A DNA stretch of 59,912 nucleotides. Origin: an uncultured Polyangiaceae bacterium (lineage in GTDB: Bacteria > Myxococcota_A > Polyangia > Palsa-1104). The position numbers were made by a program, and so were the translations under genes. Position 1 is the stretch's first letter; every line of letters starts with the position of its first letter. Shown here piece by piece: positions 1-10,311 of this stretch. Below the pieces are notes generated by a model that worked only from the letters and a program-made list of their open reading frames with translations, had not been told where the DNA came from and did no database searches. The stretch is from positions 1 through 59,912 of the forward strand of contig CAZPEY010000002.1 of assembly GCA_964585665.1 (NCBI GenBank). Direction: 5' to 3'.

Positions 1-754
1 TCATCACCTCGTCGAAGATCAGGAGCGCGCCGTCGTTCGCCGTCAGTCTGCGCAGCGCCTCCAGGTAGCCGGGCTGCGGCGGGACGCAGCCCATGTTGCC
101 GCACACCGGCTCGACGATCACCGCCGCGAGGCGCTCCGCCTCGGGCAGATCGCGGTGCGCCGCGAACACCGCCTCGAGGGCGGCGACGTCGTTCCAGGCG
201 ACCGTCAGCGTGTCCTTGGCGGCCGCCTCGGTGACGCCGGCCGAGCCGGGGATGCCGAGGGTCGCGGCGCCCGAGCCCGCCGCGACGAGCAGGAAGTCGG
301 CGTGGCCGTGGTAGGCGCCGTCGATCTTGACGAACTTGCTGCGCTTGGTCGCGCCGCGCGCCAGGCGCAGCGCCGCCATCGTCGCCTCGGTGCCCGACGA
401 GACGAGGCGGAGCTTCTCCATCGACGGGACGAGCGCCGCGATCTCCTCGGCGAAGCGGACCTCGCCCTCGGTCGGCGCGCCGAACGTCGTGCCGAGATCG
501 ACCGCCGCGTGGATCGCGGCGAGCACCTCGGGGTGCGCGTGGCCGAGCAGCGCCGGGCCCCAGGAGCCGACGTAGTCGACGTACTCGTTGCCGTCGACGT
601 CGTAGAGGAAGGCGCCTTTGGCTCGGGCGAAGAACACCGGCGTCCCGCCGACGCCACGGAAGGCGCGCACCGGCGAGTTGACCCCGCCGGGGGTGCGCAG
701 CTTGGCCTCGGCAAACAGCCGCTCGGAGGTCGGACGCGCGGTCTTGTCGGCCAT
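1..754 (-). CDS. hemL: Glutamate-1-semialdehyde 2,1-aminomutase, N-terminal ~251 aa (3' part lies beyond the left edge)
   Basis: Reverse-strand frame from ATG at 754 reads [77 protein letters not shown]...LIFDEVM, which matches the HemL N-terminus and the FDEVM motif. It is absent from the ORF track because no stop falls in the window. It starts 3 nt after the gyrA stop. Confidence 0.9.
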   Translation of the reverse strand, partial: MADKTARPTSERLFAEAKLRTPGGVNSPVRAFRGVGGTPVFFARAKGAFLYDVDGNEYVDYVGSWGPALLGHAHPEVLAAIHAAVDLGTTFGAPTEGEVRFAEEIAALVPSMEKLRLVSSGTEATMAALRLARGATKRSKFVKIDGAYHGHADFLLVAAGSGAATLGIPGSAGVTEAAAKDTLTVAWNDVAALEAVFAAHRDLPEAERLAAVIVEPVCGNMGCVPPQPGYLEALRRLTANDGALLIFDEVM

Positions 755-757
755 GGG

Positions 758-3394
<2,637 letters not shown>

Positions 3395-3456
3395 GGCGCT
3401 GCTTTTACCTGGAATCGGGGGTTAAAAACAGCGGCATTTTCCGACGGGCGGCGGGT

Positions 3457-3650
3457 CGGACCGGAGGTAAATCCCTGCGGGTCCGGGGGGACGGACCGGA
3501 GGTAAATCCCTGCGGGTCCGGGGGGACGGACCCGGGGGGACGGACCGGAGGTAAATCCCTGCGGGTCCGGGGGGACGGACCGGAGGTAAATCCCTGCGGG
3601 TCGGACCGGAGTTAGGTCCCGGCGGGTCAGGCGGGTCGGACCATAGGTAG
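3457..3650. repeat. Tandem array of a 35-bp REP-like imperfect-palindrome unit (CGGACCGGAGGTAAATCCCTGCGGGTCCGGGGGGA)
   Basis: Identical full copies lie at 3457-3491, 3492-3526 and 3541-3575. A 14-nt partial unit is at 3527-3540 and a truncated copy at 3576-3601. Degenerate copies are at 3602-3636 and 3637-~3650. Units abut with no spacers. Each unit has CGGACC...GGTCCG arms. Confidence 0.95.
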
Positions 3651-3703
3651 ATCGTACACAACAAACCCGCTCGCGCGCCGATAACGGCCCGGAATCGGTG
3701 AGA

Positions 3704-4180
3704 CTACCTACGGTCGTGGGCGCCGGGGGCGGGGGAAACGCGCATTACCGATAGGGCACCGAGAGTTTCCCGCGGCGAAGGCTCGAAATAGAGCCGCACG
3801 TCGTTGTCGAGTTTCAGCACGGACACGTTCCCCTGGAGGCGCTCGCGGACGAATGGTAAGCCCTCCGCCTCGAGCAGGCGCTCTACCTCCTCGATGCGGG
3901 AGTTGTCACGCAACTTCCATGGCCCGAGGGGAACTCGAGGGTGCCGTGCCATTCCACCAAAGTGCTCGCAGTGCAAGAGGAACACGCGATGGTCTTGAAA
4001 GTGCAACTCGACCACGCCGTACTTCCAGATTGCCGCGCTGGAGACATCCGATTCGATCCCCCACTGGTCCGGCTCCCCGAGCCGTTCCCTCACGAATGAG
4101 CGCGGAGCCTGGAGTCCCACCCCTACGATCTTTCCGGTTCGGAGCAGCTCAAGGTACGTCGTCGGCTCAGCTATCGCCAT
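3704..4180 (-). CDS. Hypothetical protein (158 aa), no recognisable catalytic motif. Possibly an immunity-protein-like small globular protein
   Basis: The ORF has a balanced amino-acid composition (W, K, F, H present), unlike GC-artefact frames. A GGAGAA SD lies 7 nt upstream of the ATG at 4180. It is divergent from the transposase gene. Confidence 0.6.
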   Translation of the reverse strand: MAIAEPTTYLELLRTGKIVGVGLQAPRSFVRERLGEPDQWGIESDVSSAAIWKYGVVELHFQDHRVFLLHCEHFGGMARHPRVPLGPWKLRDNSRIEEVERLLEAEGLPFVRERLQGNVSVLKLDNDVRLYFEPSPRETLGALSVMRVSPAPGAHDRR

Positions 4181-4283
4181 CTGCGTCTTCTCCAGTCAAA
4201 TCCGATTGCGATCCCGGCGCGGCGATCCGACCAGAGGCAAACAGGCACGCAACGAAACGTCGGCCGCGCCGATAACGCCGGCC

Positions 4284-5168
4284 ATGAGTAAGCCAAGGCC
4301 CGTGTATCCTGGATCAACGTACCTCATCACTCGACGGGTGAGCCAACGCATGTACTTGCTGCGGCCTTCCCGTCTCGTCGACCACATCGTGCAGTACGCC
4401 ATCGCCGTTGCGGCCAAGAAGTACGGTGTCGTGCTGCACGCCATTACGGTGATGTCGAACCACTACCATATGGTTGTCACCGACCCGCACGGGCGGCTGC
4501 CGGACTTCGAGCGTTGGTGCAACTCGATTATTGCGCGCGCGCTGAACGCGCATCACGGACGGTGGGAGAACTTCTGGGCCCCCGAGCAACCGAGCAACGT
4601 GCGACTCGTTGGCGTCGAGGACGTGCTGGGCAAGACGGTGTACACGGTCTGCAATCCGGTGGCGGCGGGGCTGGTGAGCCACGGCGCGAAGTGGCCTGGG
4701 ATTCGCCTCTTCTCGCCGGGTGTACGGAAGGTGGCACGTCCGCAGGCGTTCTTCGTTGAGGAGGGGGGACTGCCGGAAGTCGTTGCGCTCGAGTTGGTCG
4801 CGCCGCCGCTGGGGGTGAGTTCGCACGATGCGTATCGGTTGGTGCGCGAAGGCGTCGAGGGGAAGGAAGCCGAGATTCGTGCGGCGTTTCGGCGCGAGGG
4901 GCGGTCGTTTCTTGGCGCTGCGCGGGTGATGGCGCAGAAGGTGACGGACGCGCCGGCGACCATCGAGCCGCGGCGGGAAGTCTCGCCCCGCGTGGCGTGT
5001 CGCAACACGTGGCACCGCGTCGAGGTGTTGCGGCGATGCAAGGAGTTCCTTGCGGAGTATCGCGCCGCGTTCAACGCGTGGAAGCGGCGAGCAAGAGATG
5101 TGTTGTTTCCATATGGGACGTTCTTGATGTCGCAAAGGTTCGGTGCGCTGGTCGCGGCGCCGAGCTGA
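4284..5168 (+). CDS. IS200/IS605-like HUH Y1 transposase, REP-associated tyrosine transposase (RAYT)-like
   Basis: HUH motif in VMSNHYHMVV. Catalytic-Tyr motif YTVCNPVAAGLV (the Y-x2-NPV-x-AGLV pattern of PF01797-type proteins). The ATG at 4284 (MSKPRPVYPGSTYLITRR) is preferred over the track start at 4206. REP-like repeats flank the gene. Confidence 0.8.
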   Translation: MSKPRPVYPGSTYLITRRVSQRMYLLRPSRLVDHIVQYAIAVAAKKYGVVLHAITVMSNHYHMVVTDPHGRLPDFERWCNSIIARALNAHHGRWENFWAPEQPSNVRLVGVEDVLGKTVYTVCNPVAAGLVSHGAKWPGIRLFSPGVRKVARPQAFFVEEGGLPEVVALELVAPPLGVSSHDAYRLVREGVEGKEAEIRAAFRREGRSFLGAARVMAQKVTDAPATIEPRREVSPRVACRNTWHRVEVLRRCKEFLAEYRAAFNAWKRRARDVLFPYGTFLMSQRFGALVAAPS

Positions 5169-5330
5169 CCCGCGCTCAGAGTTGTTTGGCGTTTCGGGCC
5201 ATCGTCGGTCCTCGCCGCGCGTTGGCCTCTCGTCGAAATCGAGCCGCTTCTGTCCGGACACCGGACACGGTCAACCTCTGTGCCAGCTCGCAGCGTTCAA
5301 TCCGCCACGTTGCGGCTCCGATTCTATCCG

Positions 5331-5384
5331 CTACCTCCGGTCTGGTGCCGGGGGTGGCTACCTCCGGTCTGGTGCCGGGGGTGC
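5331..5384. repeat. Two tandem 27-bp repeats (CTACCTCCGGTCTGGTGCCGGGGGTGG/C), inverted relative to the 3457-3650 array core
   Basis: Copies at 5331-5357 and 5358-5384 differ only at the last base. CTACCTCCGGTC is the reverse complement of GACCGGAGGTAG. They sit between the transposase stop (5168) and the stop of the convergent kinase gene (5401). Confidence 0.9.
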
Positions 5385-5400
5385 CGGGGCGGGGTGCGCG

Positions 5401-7527
5401 CTACTCGAACCCCCCACCGATGAACTCCCGCAGCAGCGACGTCGGCGGCACATGATCCGGATAGATCGTCACGAAGTGATCGAGCAGCGCGAGCAGCCGG
5501 AACGCCGTCGCAAACGACGGGTGATCGTGCGGCACCTCGAGCAAGTACCGCTGCGCATACACCTTGAGCACCGATAGCTCGTAGATGAGCGAGGTGTCGA
5601 ACACCGCCTGCGCGCGATCCTGGTACGGGAAGATGTGCCGGCGCTCGCCGTCGCGCACCGACGGCCACCGCGCGATGTTCTGCGCGGCGTCGAGGTTGCG
5701 CGTGTGGCGATCGCGGACGATGCGACGGAGCAGCCGCACGTCGGAGGCGTGGACGCGGGTCAGCCGATCGAACGGGAGCTGGGCGAGCGGACAGATGAAG
5801 ATGGAGAACACCTTGCCGTTCGGCACCAACTCCAACAGCCGGGGATTGAGACCGTGGATCCCCTCGAGCATCAAGACGTCGCGCGGGCCGAGCTGCACGG
5901 TGCGACCGCCGTCGGGGAGGCTCTTTCCCGTCTTGAAGTCGTAGCGCGCCAGCGTGACCTTCTGTCCGTCGAGCAGGCGGTTGAGCTGGTCCTTGAGCAG
6001 CGCGGTGTCGAGCGCATCGAACGACTCGAAGTCGAGCTCGCCCTTGGCGTCGCGCGGCGTCTTCTCGCGGTCGACGTAGAAGTCGTCGAGCGACACCTCG
6101 ATCGGGTGCGCGCCGTTGACCTGGAGCTGGACGCGCAGGCGCTTGAGGAACGTCGTCTTCCCCGACGAGGACGGCCCCGCGACCGAGACGATCTGCGCGG
6201 TCTCGGCACAGCGCGAGATCTCGTCGGCGATCGCCGAGATGCGCTTCTCGTGGAAGCCCTCGGAGACGCGGATCAGCTCCGCGACGCTGGTCCCAAGGCA
6301 GGCCTGGTTGAAGTCGCCGACGCTGTTGATCCCGAGTCCGTGCAACCAGCGCTCCTGATGGCCGGTCATGTCGGCAGCCTGGCGAGACACCGCGCGCGCC
6401 TGGATGATCGCCGAGTGGGTCGAGATCTCGTTGCTGCGGATGCTGCTCGGGTAGAGCAGCAACAGCTTCTCGCCGTTGGCGACGAGACGGAAGCCGCGCA
6501 GCGCGCGCGTGCTCGACAGGGGCTCGAGGTGCAGCACGTGGACTCGGCCGTACGTCGCGAGCGGCACCATCGGCTCGCGCCAGGTCGCGAGCAGCGCCAC
6601 TGCGTCGCTCCAGCCGCGCTCGCGGAAGTGCTCGATCGCCTCGCCGCGGGTCCACCACTCATCCTGCACGACGAGGTTCTGATCGAGCAGGCGGTTCATC
6701 TCGGCCTGGATGCGATCGGCGAGCTCGTGGAGGTCGAGCGGCGCCTTGGCGACGACGTCGACGCGCTGGCCGAAGCCAAGGCTGTGGCCGAGGTGCAGGC
6801 TGACCTCGGCCGCGATCCGATCGGCGGCCTCGAGCAGCAAGAGCGCCAGGCTCTGGCGCACGATGCGCTCGCCCTCGGAGCTGTTGGCGACGATGGGCTC
6901 GAGCGTGCACGACGAGGTCAGCGCGTGCGACAGCGGCACCGCCTTCTTGTCGACCAGCGCCGCGACGACCTGTACGCCGTCGATGACGTCGTCGAGCAGA
7001 TCGTCTGCGACCGTGCCCGTCGGCACGTCGCGCTCGCCAGCGGGGGTGCGGACCTTGAGGCGCGTGCGGCGAGGCAGCGAGCGCTCGCGCAGGAGCGCTC
7101 CGACGCTGTCGGTCATCTCCTTCAGGCTGCCGCCAACGCTGCCGACGATCGCCTGGACGAGGCGCAGGGTCGCCCGCGGGTGCTGCGCGGCCATCTCGAC
7201 GTAGCTCGCCTCGGAGAGCTTGGCGAGGCGGAGGTCGGTCACCGCGGTGATCGTCGCGCCGCGCGGCTGCCCGGCGAGGAGCGCCAGCTCGCCGAAGTGT
7301 CGACCGGGCGAGAGCTGCTCGACCTCGATGCCGCCGCGAGTGACGCTGGCCTGGCCGTCGAGCACGAAGTACATGGCGCGATCGCGCGCCCCCTGGTGGA
7401 TGAGCTCGGTGCCGGCGGGGACGTTCACCTCTTCGACGCGCGCGCGGAGCTGTTCGCGGTCGGCGTCGGAGAGCGACGCGAGGAGCGGGCAGTCTTGCAG
7501 GTGGGCGCAGCTCACGGGGACCATCAC
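5401..7527 (-). CDS. Cyclic-nucleotide-binding domain fused to a long uridine kinase/phosphoribulokinase-family nucleoside kinase
   Basis: The N-terminal CAP_ED-like region reads FVLDGQASV...GRHFGELALLAGQPRGATITAVTDLRLAKL. The C-terminal P-loop VSVAGPSSSGKTTFLKRL and the following PRK/Udk-like region (LEGIHGLNP, RRIVRDRHTR) are present. The central region resembles the TGS/ThrRS-SAD-like module of long uridine kinases. Confidence 0.75.
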   Translation of the reverse strand: MMVPVSCAHLQDCPLLASLSDADREQLRARVEEVNVPAGTELIHQGARDRAMYFVLDGQASVTRGGIEVEQLSPGRHFGELALLAGQPRGATITAVTDLRLAKLSEASYVEMAAQHPRATLRLVQAIVGSVGGSLKEMTDSVGALLRERSLPRRTRLKVRTPAGERDVPTGTVADDLLDDVIDGVQVVAALVDKKAVPLSHALTSSCTLEPIVANSSEGERIVRQSLALLLLEAADRIAAEVSLHLGHSLGFGQRVDVVAKAPLDLHELADRIQAEMNRLLDQNLVVQDEWWTRGEAIEHFRERGWSDAVALLATWREPMVPLATYGRVHVLHLEPLSSTRALRGFRLVANGEKLLLLYPSSIRSNEISTHSAIIQARAVSRQAADMTGHQERWLHGLGINSVGDFNQACLGTSVAELIRVSEGFHEKRISAIADEISRCAETAQIVSVAGPSSSGKTTFLKRLRVQLQVNGAHPIEVSLDDFYVDREKTPRDAKGELDFESFDALDTALLKDQLNRLLDGQKVTLARYDFKTGKSLPDGGRTVQLGPRDVLMLEGIHGLNPRLLELVPNGKVFSIFICPLAQLPFDRLTRVHASDVRLLRRIVRDRHTRNLDAAQNIARWPSVRDGERRHIFPYQDRAQAVFDTSLIYELSVLKVYAQRYLLEVPHDHPSFATAFRLLALLDHFVTIYPDHVPPTSLLREFIGGGFE

Positions 7528-7596
7528 GCCATCATAGCCTCGTAGGACTAGTCAATCTCCTTGACCACCCGGCCTCGGCGGCCGACTTTTCGAGAC

Positions 7597-7610
7597 TTGA
7601 TCGATCTCAA
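7597..7610. promoter_or_regulatory. FNR/CRP-type box TTGATCGATCTCAA (9/10 match to TTGAT-N4-ATCAA)
   Basis: The inverted half-sites TTGA/TCAA were read directly. The box lies in the 116-bp divergent intergenic region, with its centre 40.5 nt upstream of the hemerythrin ATG (7644). TAGCCT sits at -12..-7 relative to that ATG, and there is no SD. Confidence 0.5.
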
Positions 7611-7643
7611 GTGGCCGTGCCCACAGCGTCCTAGCCTGTAGGT

Positions 7644-8210
7644 ATGACGCCCCTAGACCTGCTTTCCAAAGAGCATCGTGCCATTCGAGTCGTGCTGCGG
7701 GCGGTCGTCAAGCTGGCAGCGCGCACCGAGCAATCCGGTCCCGTCGATCCGTCGGTGTGGCGCGCCTTCGTCGGCTTCATCCGCCAGTGGGCTGACGGTG
7801 CCCACCACGCCAAGGAGGAGCGCGTCCTGTTCGAGGCGCTGCTCGCAGCGGGCATGTCGCGCGATCGCGGTCCGGTGGCGTGCATGCTCGGCGAGCACGA
7901 CCTGCTGCGTGATCTGCTCCGTCGCGTGGAAGATGCGGCGGCGGCGTTCAGCAAGGGCACAGGGCGCTGGCGCGACATCACCGGCCCGGCGGTCTCCTTC
8001 TGCGACCTCCTCGAGGATCACATCGACAAGGAGGACTTCGCTCTCTATCCGCTGTCGCACAAGATGCTTGGGGACGCGGGCATCGCGGCGCTCGAGGCGC
8101 CGTTCCGGGACGTCGACGCTACGACGATCGAAGAGTTCGAGCGCGCCGCGTCGCGCGTCGCCGATCGACTCACCTCGGCCGAGCCGCTCGTCCAAGCGTC
8201 CGCCAGCTAG
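7644..8210 (+). CDS. Hemerythrin-like (HHE cation-binding) domain protein
   Basis: 188 aa with the typical His/Glu ligand pattern: LLSKEHRAI, HHAKEERVLFEAL, GEHDLLRDLL, HIDKEDFALYP. Confidence 0.8.
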   Translation: MTPLDLLSKEHRAIRVVLRAVVKLAARTEQSGPVDPSVWRAFVGFIRQWADGAHHAKEERVLFEALLAAGMSRDRGPVACMLGEHDLLRDLLRRVEDAAAAFSKGTGRWRDITGPAVSFCDLLEDHIDKEDFALYPLSHKMLGDAGIAALEAPFRDVDATTIEEFERAASRVADRLTSAEPLVQASAS

Positions 8211-8213
8211 CCC

Positions 8214-9893
8214 CTACTCGAGCCACGCCGTCTCGGCGGGGCCGTCGCGGCGCGACAGCGCCGGCGCGACGCTGCATCCACCCACCGACTGCACGCAGGC
8301 TTCCACCGTCGACCAGGCGCGCCGTGCGTCGGTCTCGTTGGCGAGGTACGGGATCGCGCTCGAGCTGAGGAGCTGGAAGTTGCGCCAGCCCCACCCCGTC
8401 GACAGGTTGCGGCAGTAGTCGCCGACGAGACGCGGCGAGCACATCGGCTCCTCGCGACGCGCGACGTACTCGCTCCAACGCCGCGATGCCGTCGAGGGGT
8501 GCGCGTCGGGCCAGTAGCCGAGGAGACGACCATAATGCGTGTACGTCTCGGTGCGATCCGCTCCCGCGCCGAAGCCGGTCCCCACCGTCACCATCGGTAG
8601 GTCGGAAAAGATCGTCGCGCCCGCGGCTGCGAGCTGGGCGGGCGTCGACCACACGGTGTCAAAGAAGCGCTGCGCCGAGCTTGCCGTCTGCCCGAGCGGG
8701 TTGAGCGCGAGGCCGTAGATGCCCATCGCGTACGCGTCGTCAGCGTGCTCGAGGTAGCGCGGCGCGGTCGTCCACCGATACGCCAGGCCGCGGTGCGTTC
8801 GGTAGTGCAGCGGCCCGACGACGTCGGAGTACGCAAGCAGCGCCACGTTCTCGACGGGGAGATTCACCGAGCGCGCCAGATCCTGCAGCAGCGCGGCGGC
8901 TGTGTGGCAGCCGGCCGGCGCGGCGAGCTGGCCGCTGTACGAGAGGTCGTTCCGTCGCTGCAGGCGGCCTGGCGTGTCGAATCCGTAGGTGGCCAGGACG
9001 CGATCCGGCGTCGCGGTCGGGCCGTGGCGCAGGTTGCGGGCGACGAACAGGGTCAGGTTGGCGAGCGTCTGATCGGCCGAGCCACCGACGAGATCGAGGC
9101 CCGAGGTCGAGAGGCCGCGGACGAAGCCGTAGGCCTGCGCGGGCTGGCACACATAGGTCGGCGCATGGATGCGTGCGGGGGCGAGCTGCAGGTCGCGCCC
9201 TGCGAGCAGGCCCGAAGGCAGCGTCGTGGCGCCGGGCACGATCGTCGCGAACATCCGATCGGACGACAAGATCGCGGCCCGCTCGGCGGCGGGGAAGCTG
9301 CGCAGTTGCCACGGCAGCTCGCGACGCGCCTCGAGCGCGAGCGCGTGCGCGACCTGCGCAGCGAAGAGCGAGAAGGCCTGCTCGACGCCGAAGTAGAGCG
9401 GCCCCGCGACACGCCCACCGTAGGCCCACGGCGCGAGGTTGCGTTCCGGCGTCGGGCAGTCGAGCGGCAGCACCGTCGCGCCGTAGACCGCGAGGTAGTA
9501 GAAGGTCGCGAGCACCGAGCGGCGCGCCTCGGACAGCTCCTCGTAGCCGAGCACCCGGCCGTCGCCCTCGAGCCAGCGGATCGAGCTGCGCAGCGACGGG
9601 CAGGCGTAGAGCACGTCGTCGAGGTTCGGGTTCGGCGCCAGCACCCACTTCTGGCTCCACTTGTCCCAGGTCCACGACTGCAAGGCTGGCGTGCAGGTGT
9701 CGGGGTAGAGCGGATTCGAGACGGTGGCGAGCGACGCACTCAAGCTCGAATCGACCGTCAAGTTGGTGGCGCTCGTCGGTAAGTAGGTCGCTGCGGCGGC
9801 GCGCGAGTCGATTGGTGTGTCCGGAGGAGCCGCGCAGGCGGAGGCGAACGCAACGAGAGACAGGGCAGAGCCGAGGCGCAGGCGGCTGCTCAT
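8214..9893 (-). CDS. Lipoprotein of unknown function (559 aa)
   Basis: Signal peptide plus lipobox: MSSRLRLGSALSLVAFASAC. Normal composition with several conserved-looking Cys pairs. I recognised no family. Confidence 0.7.
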   Translation of the reverse strand: MSSRLRLGSALSLVAFASACAAPPDTPIDSRAAAATYLPTSATNLTVDSSLSASLATVSNPLYPDTCTPALQSWTWDKWSQKWVLAPNPNLDDVLYACPSLRSSIRWLEGDGRVLGYEELSEARRSVLATFYYLAVYGATVLPLDCPTPERNLAPWAYGGRVAGPLYFGVEQAFSLFAAQVAHALALEARRELPWQLRSFPAAERAAILSSDRMFATIVPGATTLPSGLLAGRDLQLAPARIHAPTYVCQPAQAYGFVRGLSTSGLDLVGGSADQTLANLTLFVARNLRHGPTATPDRVLATYGFDTPGRLQRRNDLSYSGQLAAPAGCHTAAALLQDLARSVNLPVENVALLAYSDVVGPLHYRTHRGLAYRWTTAPRYLEHADDAYAMGIYGLALNPLGQTASSAQRFFDTVWSTPAQLAAAGATIFSDLPMVTVGTGFGAGADRTETYTHYGRLLGYWPDAHPSTASRRWSEYVARREEPMCSPRLVGDYCRNLSTGWGWRNFQLLSSSAIPYLANETDARRAWSTVEACVQSVGGCSVAPALSRRDGPAETAWLE

Positions 9894-10311
9894 TGCAGCG
9901 GAGAGAAGCAGGTTCCGCGCCCGGGCCGCGTTCGCGCAGGAGCCGCGGGATCTCCGTCGGAGAGTCTCGGCAAGGCGGAGCGTCCTGGGGCCTGGCGACC
10001 TGGAGTCGCGCGACTCCAGTGGGGTCGGTAGTCGCGCCTGTGAGCCGCGGGTCCGTACGGGATCGCGGCTGCTTCCCGACGAGAGAGCGACCTGCTACCG
10101 TCGGCGCATGCACCGTCGGAGACCCGGCTTGGGTGGGGCCGTGTGGCTCGTTGCCGCGAGCGGGGCGGACGGGGCTCGGGCTGGGGAAGGTGAGGTTGCC
10201 GTGGAAGCAGCTCGCGCTCGTCGACGACGGCGCGACGACTTCTCGGGACCACCTCCGTTGGGCTCGACGAGCTGCCGGGCGGCCGGTATGCGCGCTGCGT
10301 GGCGCGGTCGG

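Larger units (their letters stand above)
3457..5384. mobile_element. REPtron-like locus: RAYT-type Y1 transposase gene plus one cargo gene, bracketed by inversely oriented REP-like repeats
   Basis: The left array carries the core GACCGGAGGTA(A). The right pair (5331-5384) carries its reverse complement CTACCTCCGGTC. A further inverted copy, CTACCTACGGTC, is at 3703-3714. The HUH/Y1 transposase gene lies between them. The interior looks less GC-rich than its surroundings. Confidence 0.6.

Noticed and set aside
3479-3600. G-quadruplex potential of the GGG/GGGGGG runs in the repeat array
   Set aside because: Consecutive G-runs are separated by loops of more than 20 nt within each unit, so canonical intramolecular G4 formation is not supported by the sequence alone.
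3457-3650. Possible CRISPR array, because of regularly repeated ~35-bp units
   Set aside because: The units are directly adjacent with no unique spacers between them. The copies degrade progressively at one end and there are no cas genes in the window. This is the behaviour of a tandem REP-like array, not a CRISPR.
3422-3664. 80-aa ORF (PPVRPPGPAGIYLRS... repeated) on the minus strand
   Set aside because: Its periodic peptide simply mirrors the DNA tandem repeat. It has no SD and a Pro/Gly/Arg-dominated composition.
5635-7545. 636-aa ORF antisense to the cNMP-kinase gene
   Set aside because: Same reasoning: an antisense GC-artefact frame rich in R/A/D/L/E, whereas the sense frame has clear CAP_ED and P-loop kinase motifs.
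9894-10311. Cobalamin or other known riboswitch in the 418-bp gap
   Set aside because: I looked for a B12-box-like core and other familiar riboswitch cores on both strands. AAGCCGGGTCTCCGACGG only loosely resembles a B12 box and the other conserved elements are absent. I kept the region as an unexplained structured region instead.
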